Positions 9,443 to 18,126 are shown, counted from the stretch's first letter. The stretch: 64,000 nucleotides of DNA from Candidatus Limnocylindrales bacterium (GCA_050010635.1 JBEKKR010000008.1:56378-120377), one strand, 5' to 3'. Notes: generated by a model not told the origin, from the letters alone. Made by a program: numbers and translations.

Positions 9443-9949
9443 TCAGCGAGCGAACAGATCCAGAAGCTGCAGCCGGGTTGCCCGGAGGCGTCGCGCTACA
9501 GCCTTGAGGACTCGAGGGTAGAGACTGGCCGCGAGAGCGTGGTCTTCCTTGAGGGCCGCTCGGAGCTTCGTGCCCTCGATGACCAGGGCCCGGCTCGGCT
9601 GAGTCGCCACCACCGTCGACTGGGCTTGCGTATCCGCCAGCACGGCGGACCAACCGAAGATGTCGCCCTGCTCGACGCTCAGGATCGTAACCGGTCCGCG
9701 TTCGGGAACCAGCGTCCGCAGCGCGAGCCGGCCGGAGATGAGAATGCCCATCTCCTTGGCGTCGTCGCCTTCGTGGAGGATCACCTCATCCGCCTCGAAG
9801 TCCTGCACTTCGCCGAGCTTGGCCAGGCGTTCCTGGGTCTCCGGCGAGAGCTCGGCTCCAAACCACGTGTGGTTGAGCATGGCGAGAACGGCGGCGTAAT
9901 CGTCCATTGCGCGAGCATGCATTTGAGGCTTTCGCGCGGGCAGTGCCAT
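9443..9949 (-). CDS. Stand-alone cyclic-nucleotide-binding domain protein (no HTH)
   Basis: cNMP-binding fold (ILHEGDDAKEMGILISGRLAL ... GDIFGWSAVL); 168 aa ending in a dimerisation-like helix; first gene of the module. Confidence 0.7.
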   Translation of the reverse strand: MALPARKPQMHARAMDDYAAVLAMLNHTWFGAELSPETQERLAKLGEVQDFEADEVILHEGDDAKEMGILISGRLALRTLVPERGPVTILSVEQGDIFGWSAVLADTQAQSTVVATQPSRALVIEGTKLRAALKEDHALAASLYPRVLKAVARRLRATRLQLLDLFAR

Positions 9950-10055
9950 CAGGTCGGCGGGGGCGGGCCATTCGGCCCCGTTGCCGCGCCGGGCTGCTCG
10001 CCGGGCGGCTTCGCCTTAGACTGCACGGAGTCTCCGCCAGCGGAGTTGTGAATCG

Positions 10056-11126
10056 ATGGAACCCAGTCGGCGGGTCGTCGCCGGTTTGAGTGGAGCGGCG
10101 CTCGTCCTGATCGGCGTCGGCATCGCCGCGCTGGTCTTCGACTCGGCCCTTTCCGGCAGCGGGGCCACGATCAGCCATGCCGGGACGACTCCACCGGGTC
10201 CGAGCTCGCCGCCGGTGTTGCCTTCGTCGACTCCTCCTTCGTCGCCGTCGTTTGGAGGCGGCTCGGGGACGCCCTCGCCGAACATCTCGAGTTCGCCCGC
10301 GGTCTCGGTCGGGCCGACGGCACACCCAGTCGGGTTCGCCCAGCAGGGCACCGGTTTCGTCTACTACGCCGCGGATGGAACGGTCATCCCCGTGATGCCC
10401 GTGCCCGGTTGCGAGATCCGGCTGGAGTACAGCAAGGCCGTGTACTACGCCCTCGCTTCGAACAAGTTTGGGCTCAAGACCGGCTCGTACGCCGGCGAAT
10501 TCAAGCCCCTGGTCACCATGGGCCAGGCCGATGGCTCGAGTGCCGAAACGGGCGGCATCGTCGTCGCCGGCCCGGTCGCCGCGAGGATGATCGCCGACAA
10601 GCTGGCCTCGATCCAGACGCCGGGGGACAGGTGGATTGTCGCCCTGCCGGTCGACATCCGGACGTCGGCCAGCCCCGTCTCCGTCTCGTTCGATCAATTC
10701 GGTCTGGCCGGCTGGTCGAATACGCCGCGCGTCATCGTAGCCTTCCCGGGCTCACTGCCTGTGGTGGAGATCAACCCGGCCAACGAAGGCTTCCACGTTC
10801 TGGTCGAAGGGTTGGGCGTCACCGCCTGGCAGGTCATCGACCCCAGGCGGCTGACCCTGGCCCCGGATGCCATCGACCCTGCGCACGCCATGAACCAGCT
10901 GCTGATCTACGGCAACGGGACGCCGACGATCCCGGGGCTGACGGGCCCGCCGCGCGACACGCTCTCCGATCGAAAGGCAAGCAACCCGTTCCCCGTCGGA
11001 CAGCTGATGCTATCGGCCACGACCGACGTCAGCGTCTCCCTGGTCGTGAAGGGGAGCCGCGCGGACCTGGGTCCGGACAAGATCCTGAGCGTCGGCGACG
11101 TCCCGGTCTTCGTGGGCCGGAACTAG
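10056..11126 (+). CDS. Hypothetical membrane-anchored/secreted protein with a Pro/Ser-rich linker
   Basis: N-terminal TM helix, then SSPPVLPSSTPPSSPSFGGGSGTP linker; coding-like composition; no recognisable family. Confidence 0.5.
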   Translation: MEPSRRVVAGLSGAALVLIGVGIAALVFDSALSGSGATISHAGTTPPGPSSPPVLPSSTPPSSPSFGGGSGTPSPNISSSPAVSVGPTAHPVGFAQQGTGFVYYAADGTVIPVMPVPGCEIRLEYSKAVYYALASNKFGLKTGSYAGEFKPLVTMGQADGSSAETGGIVVAGPVAARMIADKLASIQTPGDRWIVALPVDIRTSASPVSVSFDQFGLAGWSNTPRVIVAFPGSLPVVEINPANEGFHVLVEGLGVTAWQVIDPRRLTLAPDAIDPAHAMNQLLIYGNGTPTIPGLTGPPRDTLSDRKASNPFPVGQLMLSATTDVSVSLVVKGSRADLGPDKILSVGDVPVFVGRN

Positions 11127-11262
11127 CCGGCTCGAGCCCGGCGGAGGCTTTGTCCTACTGGAGAAGGGCGCCGGCGGCGCAAGGTTCAGCCTCCGGGATG
11201 ATCCCATCGTCGCGACCGGTGGCTAGACTGACCCCGGCGACAGTGAGGCAGCGAGGTGGGTC

Positions 11263-11904
11263 ATGAATGATCGATGGCAGCAACGCGGCGACCGCAGCGA
11301 CGACGACGCCAGGCGAGGTTCCCTCGTCGTCGGCCTGCTCCTGGTCCTGCTCGGCATCTTCTTCCTGGCGTCCGAGCAGTTGAGGTTCGACGTGGGCCGA
11401 GACGGCTGGCCGATCTTCGTGATCGCTCCCGGCGTCTTCCTCCTTCTCGTCGGACTTGCCATTCCCCACGAGGGCGGCCTCGGAGCGGCGATCCCGGGGG
11501 GGATCATCACGACCGTCGGGTTGATCCTCGCGGCACAAGCTGCCACCGACACTTATGCCAGCTGGGCCTACGCCTGGGCCCTCGTCGCGCCGGGATCGGT
11601 TGGGGCGACGCTGACGCTGTACGGGCTGCTCCATCGGCGCTGGGATCTGCTCGACGCCGGATTGCGGACGGCCGCTGTCGGGCTTGGGCTCTTCATCGGA
11701 TTCGGCCTCTTCTTCGAGAACGTCGTCGGCATCGACGAGGGCAGCCGGACCACGGCTCTCCGCAACGCCATGCCGGTCCTGGCCGTCGGCCTCGGCATCG
11801 TGATCGTGATCATGAACGTGTTGCCGCGGCGATCCCGTGAAGGTGGATACGCCTCGGACGCGTCGAACAGGACAGAGCCGCCCGCGCCTCCCGCCGCTGG
11901 CTGA
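11263..11904 (+). CDS. Hypothetical integral membrane protein
   Basis: Four or more hydrophobic segments; coding-like GC3. Confidence 0.5.
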   Translation: MNDRWQQRGDRSDDDARRGSLVVGLLLVLLGIFFLASEQLRFDVGRDGWPIFVIAPGVFLLLVGLAIPHEGGLGAAIPGGIITTVGLILAAQAATDTYASWAYAWALVAPGSVGATLTLYGLLHRRWDLLDAGLRTAAVGLGLFIGFGLFFENVVGIDEGSRTTALRNAMPVLAVGLGIVIVIMNVLPRRSREGGYASDASNRTEPPAPPAAG

Positions 11905-11914
11905 GCCGCGCCGG

Positions 11915-13207
11915 CTAGCGGACCTCGATCACCTTGTAGTCGAGCGTTCCGGCCGGGACCTGGACGCGAATCGTCTCGCCCGGATGCCGGCCGAGCAGCG
12001 CCTTGCCGATTGGCGAGGTGAAGCTGATCTTGCCGGCCGCGGCGTCGGCCTCGGCCGAGCCCACGATCGTGAAGATCTCCTCGCCGTGGCGGTCGGTCTC
12101 GATCACGACCGTCGAGCCAAGCACGACCTCGGTGCCGCCCTCTGAGCTGGCCTCGAACATGACCGCGTACTTGATCATCTGCTCGAGCTGCTGAACTCGG
12201 CCCTCGAGGAAGGACTGCTCCTTGCGCGCCGCCTCGTAGTCGGCGTTCTCGCTCAGGTCGCCGAGCTCGCGAGCGACCTTGATTCGTGAGATCACTTCGG
12301 GCCGGCGATGGTCGGTGAGCTCGGTGAGCTCGGCGTGGAGCGCGGCCAGGCCTTCGGCCGTCAGGTGGATCGGGGCAGAGGATGGGCCACCCTTGCCGCC
12401 CCGAGCGGTCTTCGACGAGCGCCGGACCACCGGCGTCTCGATGGCCGAGGGTCCGGTCGTCGCCGCGACAGGCTTGACCGTCTTGCGAGCCGCCGCCCTC
12501 GGGCGGCTTGGCTTTGCCAGCGAGGCGGGTCTGGTTGCTCGGGGACGGAACGAAGTTCTGCCCAGAGACGTATCCGGCTCGTACGCGTCGGGCAGATGGG
12601 TCACCTTCGTGACCTTCGCCGGAGCCGGTGTGGCCTCGTCGTGGAGGGCCGCTGTCAGTCCGTGCTCACGGCGCTGGCCGCCCGGCGTGATCAGGACGGC
12701 AAACGGCGTCGAGCCGGCGGTCTTGATGAAGATCTCGAGGAGCGTGTCCTCGTAGAGCTCCGGATCCGAAACGGGCGCCCACCAGATCCGGGCCTTGTTG
12801 AGGTCGTGGAGGGTCTTGAGCCAGTAACCGGTGGATTGCGGGCGCCGCTCGCCGAGCGGGGTCTTGTACATGCCGGCCAGTCGAGCCGCCACGGACTTCT
12901 GGCTCGAGCCGATGTAGAGGATCGCCTGGCCCGGAATCCAGAACGAGGCCAGGCGCGACTGCAGCTCCGCGACGGTCGGATGCTTGCCGTCGAGGAGCAG
13001 GCCCGGGACGCGGGTGAGCCAATCGCGGATGGCGTTCGGGTCGATCGACACCTTGGGCTGCGGCGCGGGCAGCTCCACAATGAAGACGCCCGGACCACTG
13101 CCCGAGACGGGCCTGCCCCAGAGTGTCGGTCCCTCGACGGGAAGCCCGTTGTCCCGCAGCAGGTCGCGGCCTGTGAGAAGGGGCGCTGGAGAGGATGAGG
13201 TCGTCAC
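11915..13207 (-). CDS. GreA-family transcription elongation factor fused to an about 270-aa N-terminal extension (unknown domain plus basic linker)
   Basis: C-terminal 155 aa are a complete GreA (coiled coil ...ELGDLSENADYEAARKEQSFLEGRV... plus FKBP-like ...EIFTIVGSAEAD...ISFTSPIGKALLG); N-terminal part has GVFIVELP ... ILYIGSSQKSVAARL (faintly GIY-YIG-like) and a K/R/P-rich linker. Confidence 0.7.
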   Translation of the reverse strand: MTTSSSPAPLLTGRDLLRDNGLPVEGPTLWGRPVSGSGPGVFIVELPAPQPKVSIDPNAIRDWLTRVPGLLLDGKHPTVAELQSRLASFWIPGQAILYIGSSQKSVAARLAGMYKTPLGERRPQSTGYWLKTLHDLNKARIWWAPVSDPELYEDTLLEIFIKTAGSTPFAVLITPGGQRREHGLTAALHDEATPAPAKVTKVTHLPDAYEPDTSLGRTSFRPRATRPASLAKPSRPRAAARKTVKPVAATTGPSAIETPVVRRSSKTARGGKGGPSSAPIHLTAEGLAALHAELTELTDHRRPEVISRIKVARELGDLSENADYEAARKEQSFLEGRVQQLEQMIKYAVMFEASSEGGTEVVLGSTVVIETDRHGEEIFTIVGSAEADAAAGKISFTSPIGKALLGRHPGETIRVQVPAGTLDYKVIEVR

Positions 13208-13276
13208 CTGTGAACCGTGCCTTGCCGCAGCCTACATGTCAAACGGGCCACCGGCGGCACCCGTCTATGAGTGACT

Positions 13277-13304
13277 GAAGGCCCCGGTGAAAGCCGGGGC
13301 CTTC
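13277..13304. terminator. GC-rich hairpin downstream of pfp (11-bp perfect stem GAAGGCCCCGG/CCGGGGCCTTC, 6-nt loop)
   Basis: Seen directly in sequence 20 nt after the pfp stop; no U-tract, which is common for high-GC terminators. Confidence 0.4.
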
Positions 13305-13324
13305 GAGCTCTCTGGCGAAGATCG

Positions 13325-14527
13325 CTACTTGAGGAGCGAGGGATCCTCGGCCACGGGGATGCCGAGCAGCAGCGGGAGCCCCATCCGGTCGGTGTAGATC
13401 GGGCGGTACCGATCCGTGTTGTACATCGTCGCGATGTCGATCGAGCGCGGGCCCTGGTTGGGGTCGGGCAGGGGGGAATGACTGTACTTGCCGCCGCGGA
13501 TCGCGACCATGCGGCCGCTGATGCCGTCCGCGATCAGGTTCATGGCCACGTTGGCGAAGGTGATGCCGACGATCGAGTCGACGGCGTCGGGGTCGCCCGA
13601 GCGCAGGTCGTAGGTCAGCTCGCTGGCCAGCGTCTCGTGGCCGGATTGGGCCTGGATCTCCGAGGCGAGCACCTCGGCGATGTTGGCCTTGTGCTTGTGG
13701 CCGAACGAGTCGGCGGGGCCGTACTCTTCGATCTGGCCGCCCTTCCACATCGCGCCCTCGGCGGCGATCGCGAAGGAGTACCTGCTGGGGTTCGCGAGCT
13801 TGTCGTGGACGAGCAGCTCGACGAGGTGGTTGAGGTCGAACTCGTACTCGGGGATCAGGCAGCGGGCGCTGGTCACGTAGGCCGTGTACAGGGCGGTGAA
13901 GCCGGCGTCGCGGCCGAAGATGCGGAATACGCCGATCCGCTCGTGCGAGCCGAGGGTGGTCCGCTGGCGGTTGATTGCGTCCTTGGCTCGCGAGATGGCG
14001 GTCGAGAAGCCGATGCAGTACTCGGTGCCCTGGACGTCGTTGTCCATCGTCTTGGGGACGGCCACGAGCTTGACGCCGGCGTCGGCCAGGACCTGGCTGA
14101 AGCTCAGCGTGTCGTCGCCGCCGATCGGGACGAGGTAGTCCAGGCCGAGCTTCTCGATGTTCTCCAGGACGACGGGCGTGAAGTTGTACACGCCGTCCTT
14201 GACCTCGAGCTGCTTGAGGCGCTCGGGCCCGATGTGCGCCGGCGTCTTGCCGGCCTTCATCTTGCGGGCGTTGGTTCGGGAGGTGTGCAGCCAGGTGCCG
14301 CCGGTCCGATCGATCGAGCGGGTGTTGATCCGATCGAGCGGGACGATGTAATCGTGGTCCAGCTCAGGGCCCGGCTTCATGTGCGTCAGGCCTTCCCAGC
14401 CGCGCCGGATGCCGTAGACCTCGTAGCCAAGCTCGGTTGCGCGATAGACGACGCTCTTGATGACGTAGTTCAGACCGGGGACGTCACCGCCGCCCGTGAG
14501 GATACCGATGCGCGGAGTTCGACTCAT
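13325..14527 (-). CDS. pfp: Pyrophosphate-dependent 6-phosphofructokinase (PPi-PFK)
   Basis: PfkA fold with GGDDT (not GGDGS) and PKTMDND (Lys, not Gly), the classical signatures of PPi-dependent PFKs. Confidence 0.85.
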   Translation of the reverse strand: MSRTPRIGILTGGGDVPGLNYVIKSVVYRATELGYEVYGIRRGWEGLTHMKPGPELDHDYIVPLDRINTRSIDRTGGTWLHTSRTNARKMKAGKTPAHIGPERLKQLEVKDGVYNFTPVVLENIEKLGLDYLVPIGGDDTLSFSQVLADAGVKLVAVPKTMDNDVQGTEYCIGFSTAISRAKDAINRQRTTLGSHERIGVFRIFGRDAGFTALYTAYVTSARCLIPEYEFDLNHLVELLVHDKLANPSRYSFAIAAEGAMWKGGQIEEYGPADSFGHKHKANIAEVLASEIQAQSGHETLASELTYDLRSGDPDAVDSIVGITFANVAMNLIADGISGRMVAIRGGKYSHSPLPDPNQGPRSIDIATMYNTDRYRPIYTDRMGLPLLLGIPVAEDPSLLK

Positions 14528-14655
14528 GCATGCCTTCCGTGGATGTTCGGGCGCAGCCGGAAGATGCGCCGCGGTTCTGCTGACAGATACATCTTAAGGC
14601 CGGCGGGGGCATCGGCGGCAGTCCGAACGACACGAAGGCAGGATCCGGGGGCCCG

Positions 14656-14673
14656 GGACCCGTGGACGGGTCC
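14656..14673. promoter_or_regulatory. Perfect 18-bp palindrome GGACCCGT-GG-ACGGGTCC in the pfp upstream region
   Basis: Seen in sequence about 130 nt upstream of the pfp start codon; candidate operator. Confidence 0.3.
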
Positions 14674-14784
14674 AATGTCAACGTGGTGAGGAATCGGCAG
14701 GAACCGGGCCGGCGGTCGATTGGCTTGCCGGATGCCGCTCGGGTCTCGATGCCGACATCGTCGTCGGGCCGGCTTTCAGTCGGG

Positions 14785-15693
14785 TTACAGCCGATCGCCG
14801 GAGGCGCTCGCATAGGCCTCGAAGTGGTAGCGCATGAAGAGATCGTCGCCGGCGCGCCGAATCGACGACAGGCTGGCCCAGCGGCCGTGCCCCTCGCCGA
14901 AGCTCGTCCCCTCGACCAGGGCGAGGCGGTGAATGGCGTCGTCGCGGCCGGCAATCTGTGGCGCCACGGTCAGGAACAGCTCGTCGATCAGCCGGGCCCG
15001 CAGCAGCTCGCCAAAGAGGTGCGGCCCGCCCTCGCACAAGGCCAGGCGAGCACCGGTCTCGCGGATCAGCTGGAGAAGGGCTTCAGCGGGAACCCCGGCG
15101 CCGTCACCGAGCGCGGCCACTCGCACGTTCGGTGGAAGGGGCAGGCGGGCGAGGCGACCTGCGCCGGCCCGGGTCGTGGCCACGATCACGGGCACGTCCG
15201 GAGCGTTGAGGCCCGCGTGAGTGGTGTCGAGGTTGCCGCTTGCCGTCACCACGATCGTCGTCGGCTGGGGCGACAGCCGCAGCGCGGAACGCCAGGTCGC
15301 GAATGCGTCGGCGAAGGCGGGCTGGACATGGGCGGCCGTCCACACGTGTCGCCGGCCCACGCGCATCGTGCCCGCTCCCACGACCACGACGTCGGCCAGG
15401 GCGCGGAGGAGGGCCATCATGAACCGGTCCGCGTCGGAGAAGCCGCTGATCTCCCCGCCGCCGGCGTTCGGCTCGCTCGGGCCGAGGGCCACGACGCCGT
15501 CGAGAGTGGAGACGAAGTTCGCCACGACCGTGGGCCGCTCGCTCCCCAGCTCGATCGTCAGCTCGCCGGAGAAGCGGTCCGCGAGCGATGGCGGCAGGAG
15601 ACCTCCGCGACGATCGACCTGAGCCGACGCCACTGCCGGAGCCTCCCACAGCGATTCGAGCGTCAACCCCTCGCTTCGGCGGTCCATGGTCAT
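14785..15693 (-). CDS. RibD C-terminal domain / dihydrofolate reductase-family reductase
   Basis: VANFVSTLDGVVALG ... VVVGAGTMRVG ... LCEGGPHLFGELL ... LFLTVAPQIAG: bacterial bifunctional deaminase-reductase C-terminal fold; start 1 nt after the folE stop. Confidence 0.7.
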   Translation of the reverse strand: MTMDRRSEGLTLESLWEAPAVASAQVDRRGGLLPPSLADRFSGELTIELGSERPTVVANFVSTLDGVVALGPSEPNAGGGEISGFSDADRFMMALLRALADVVVVGAGTMRVGRRHVWTAAHVQPAFADAFATWRSALRLSPQPTTIVVTASGNLDTTHAGLNAPDVPVIVATTRAGAGRLARLPLPPNVRVAALGDGAGVPAEALLQLIRETGARLALCEGGPHLFGELLRARLIDELFLTVAPQIAGRDDAIHRLALVEGTSFGEGHGRWASLSSIRRAGDDLFMRYHFEAYASASGDRL

Positions 15694-15694
15694 C

Positions 15695-16450
15695 TCAGTC
15701 GCGAACCCCTCGCTGGAGCCCCGCGAGATCGTAGAACTCCGCGCGGAGGGCCGCGTTGGTCGTATATGCCCCGGTGAAGGCCGTCGTGCGAGTCATGGGG
15801 TGGAGCTCGCGTACGCCGCGCATCTGGGTGCAGAGATGGTGGGCGTCCATGTAGACGGCCACGCCGTGCGGCTGCGTCAGCTCCATCAGGGCCTCGGCGA
15901 TCTGGTGGGTCATCCGTTCCTGGACGCCGAACCGGCGAGTGGCGATCCGGACCAGCCGAGTCAGCTTGCTGATGCCGATGATGTTCTCGTGGGCGATGTA
16001 ACCGACGAACGCGCGTCCGACGAATGGCAGGGCATGGTGCTCGCACAGCGAGGTGAACGGGATAGGGCCCTCGACCACCTGCGATAGCTCGCAGCTCGAA
16101 CCGCCGTAGCACTCGGTCGGGAAGACCGTGACGAGCTTGGGGTCGCCGTCGTAGCCCTCCGTCGAGTCGAAGAGCGCTCGCATGAAGCGCCGGGGCGTGT
16201 CGCGCGTTCCCGGGCTGTCGACCTTCATGCCAAGGGCCGCGAAGATCTCCGCCAGGGCGGCCTCGTAGCGGGCGAAGTCCTCTTCGGATATGGCGGCACG
16301 GCGACTTCGCGCGGTCTCGTCGTCGAGCTCGAGGGCCAGATTGGGCGCCCTGCTCGCCAGCCCGTCCAGGTCGTCGTCGTGGTGGTGGGTGGCCAGGCGC
16401 GTGACCGCGATCTCGTGGTCGCGGTGGCCGCCGGGGTGGTGACTCGCCAT
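15695..16450 (-). CDS. folE: GTP cyclohydrolase I
   Basis: CEHHALPF active-site motif and overall FolE similarity; His/Asp-rich N-terminal extension. Confidence 0.85.
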   Translation of the reverse strand: MASHHPGGHRDHEIAVTRLATHHHDDDLDGLASRAPNLALELDDETARSRRAAISEEDFARYEAALAEIFAALGMKVDSPGTRDTPRRFMRALFDSTEGYDGDPKLVTVFPTECYGGSSCELSQVVEGPIPFTSLCEHHALPFVGRAFVGYIAHENIIGISKLTRLVRIATRRFGVQERMTHQIAEALMELTQPHGVAVYMDAHHLCTQMRGVRELHPMTRTTAFTGAYTTNAALRAEFYDLAGLQRGVRD

Positions 16451-16577
16451 TTGGGCCTCCGTATCGATGACCCACTATGAGCCCGGCCGCAAGGCCGAAG
16501 GAAATGGCCGGCTCCGGCGTCGCGGCGAGAGGAATGCGCCGGTGCGGCTGGATGCGGTGCGTCCGCGGCGGGACGCC

Positions 16578-17123
16578 CTAGAGCCGCCGCAGCTCAGTGG
16601 TCTCGTCCTCGGCGATGGCGCGGGCGCAGGTGGGGCAGTACCAGCGAGCCTCCAGCGGCGTCCCACAGGCCCCGTGGCGCAGCGCATCCGACGAATCCGC
16701 CCGGGAACCCCAATCGGCGAGCAGCCGAAGCGCTCCGGCCAGCTCGCGACCCTCGGCGGTGAGCTCATAGCTGAGCCGGACCGGGCGCTCCGAATAGGGC
16801 CGGGCGAGGAGCACGCGCTCGCGCTCGAGACGCTTGAGCCGGTCCGACAGGATGTTCGGGGCGATGCCCGGCAGGACCGCCTGCAGGTCGTTGAAGCGGA
16901 GCGGCCCATCGAGGAGCGACTCCACTACCAGCAGGCACCACCGGTCGCCGACGCGGTCCAGGGCAGTCTGCAGCGGCGAGGGCGGCGTCGTTGCACGCCC
17001 GGCGGCCGGACCGGCCCGCAGCGGCGAGCGCTCGGCTGCCGCGGAGTCCCGAGGCTCTGGCGAAGGCGACGGCCGGGCTGTATCTGACACGCGTTCCATG
17101 GTAGCGAGTCCGCTCTTGCGCAC
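16578..17123 (-). CDS. HxlR-family winged-helix transcriptional regulator
   Basis: DRWCLLVVESLLDGPLRFNDLQAVLPGIAPNILSDRLKRLERERVLLARPYSERPVRLSYELTAEG is canonical HxlR/MarR-like; GTG at 17123 or ATG at 17099. Confidence 0.7.
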   Translation of the reverse strand: MRKSGLATMERVSDTARPSPSPEPRDSAAAERSPLRAGPAAGRATTPPSPLQTALDRVGDRWCLLVVESLLDGPLRFNDLQAVLPGIAPNILSDRLKRLERERVLLARPYSERPVRLSYELTAEGRELAGALRLLADWGSRADSSDALRHGACGTPLEARWYCPTCARAIAEDETTELRRL

Positions 17124-17137
17124 CCGGCGGAGCCGAG

Positions 17138-17160
17138 GTAACTTGCAACTAGCAAGTTAC
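17138..17160. promoter_or_regulatory. 23-bp perfect palindrome GTAACTTGC-AACTA-GCAAGTTAC between the HxlR regulator and the divergent HtrA-like protease
   Basis: Seen in sequence; 9-bp arms, 5-bp spacer; sits 15 nt upstream of the regulator start and about 57 nt upstream of the protease ATG. Confidence 0.5.
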
Positions 17161-17217
17161 TACCAACAAGTAAGATCGGCCGTGCCGCTCACATCGGAAC
17201 GGCCACGGGAGCAGACA

Positions 17218-18126
17218 ATGGGCGCACTAGACGAACTCCAGAAGGCCGTAGCGACGGTGGCCGGCAAGGCCGCACCGGCGGTTGTCGGCATCGGCGGCCA
17301 CCATCACCGCGGCAGCGGCGTGGTCGTGGCCAAGAACCGGGTGTTGACGAACGCCCACAACGTCCACGAGGACGGCGCCACGTGCGTCTTCTCCGATGGG
17401 CGCCGCGAGAACGGCAAGCTGCTCGGCGAGGACATGGACGGCGACCTGGCCGTGCTCGAGGTGAACACCGGCGACGTGTCGCCCCTGACATGGAGCGGGG
17501 CGACCCTCCCGGGTGTGGGAGCCGTTGTATTCGCGGTTGCAAGCGCCTCCAACGGCGGCGTCCGTACAACTGTCGGGCAGGTCTCCGGAGTGGCGCGCTC
17601 GTTCTGCGGACCCGGCGGGCGGCTGATCGGCGGCAGCATCGAGCACACGGCACCGCTCGCCTCCGGCTCGTCGGGCAGCCCGATCCTGGACGCCGATGGA
17701 CGAATGCTCGGCCTGAACACGCAACGTCTCGGCGAGGGCTTCTACCTCGCCATCCCGGCGGATGACGAGCTGAAGGCGCGCATCGACGCCCTTGCCCGCG
17801 GTCAGTCCACGGTCCGGCCCCGGCTGGGGATCGCGGTTGCGCCGAGCCATGTCGCCAGGCATCTGCGGCGGGCCGTCGGCCTGCCCGATCGCGACGGCAT
17901 CCTGGTTCGGGGCGTCGAGGAGGGAAGCCCGGCCGAGCAGGCCGGAATCCGAGAAGGCGACCTCATCGTCGCCGCTGCCGGTGCCCCGCTCACGGACCCG
18001 GACGAGCTGCACGCCGCGTTGGCGAAGGCCGGAACCGGATCGATCGAGATCGGCCTGGTCCGCGGGGCCGAAGACCTGAAGGTCAAGGTGAACCTCGGCG
18101 CGGAGTCAGCCGGCAAGGCCAACTGA
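17218..18126 (+). CDS. Trypsin-like serine protease with C-terminal PDZ domain (HtrA/DegP S1C family)
   Basis: GSGVVVAKNRVLTNAHNV (His), DLAVLEV (Asp), GSSGSPILD (Ser) triad; PDZ-like ...GILVRGVEEGSPAEQAGIREGDLIV; RBS GGGAG before the ATG. Confidence 0.8.
   Translation: MGALDELQKAVATVAGKAAPAVVGIGGHHHRGSGVVVAKNRVLTNAHNVHEDGATCVFSDGRRENGKLLGEDMDGDLAVLEVNTGDVSPLTWSGATLPGVGAVVFAVASASNGGVRTTVGQVSGVARSFCGPGGRLIGGSIEHTAPLASGSSGSPILDADGRMLGLNTQRLGEGFYLAIPADDELKARIDALARGQSTVRPRLGIAVAPSHVARHLRRAVGLPDRDGILVRGVEEGSPAEQAGIREGDLIVAAAGAPLTDPDELHAALAKAGTGSIEIGLVRGAEDLKVKVNLGAESAGKAN

Noticed and set aside
7934-9507. Long ORFs 7934-8899 (-), 8010-8639 (+), 8257-9507 (+)
   Set aside because: Overlap the Fe-S/FAD oxidoreductase gene in other frames; translations dominated by R/G/P/A repeats with no motifs.
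13271-15777. Plus-strand ORFs 13271-14689 (472 aa) and 14662-15777 (371 aa)
   Set aside because: Antisense to the PPi-PFK and RibD-like/folE genes, which have clear family signatures; shadow frames.
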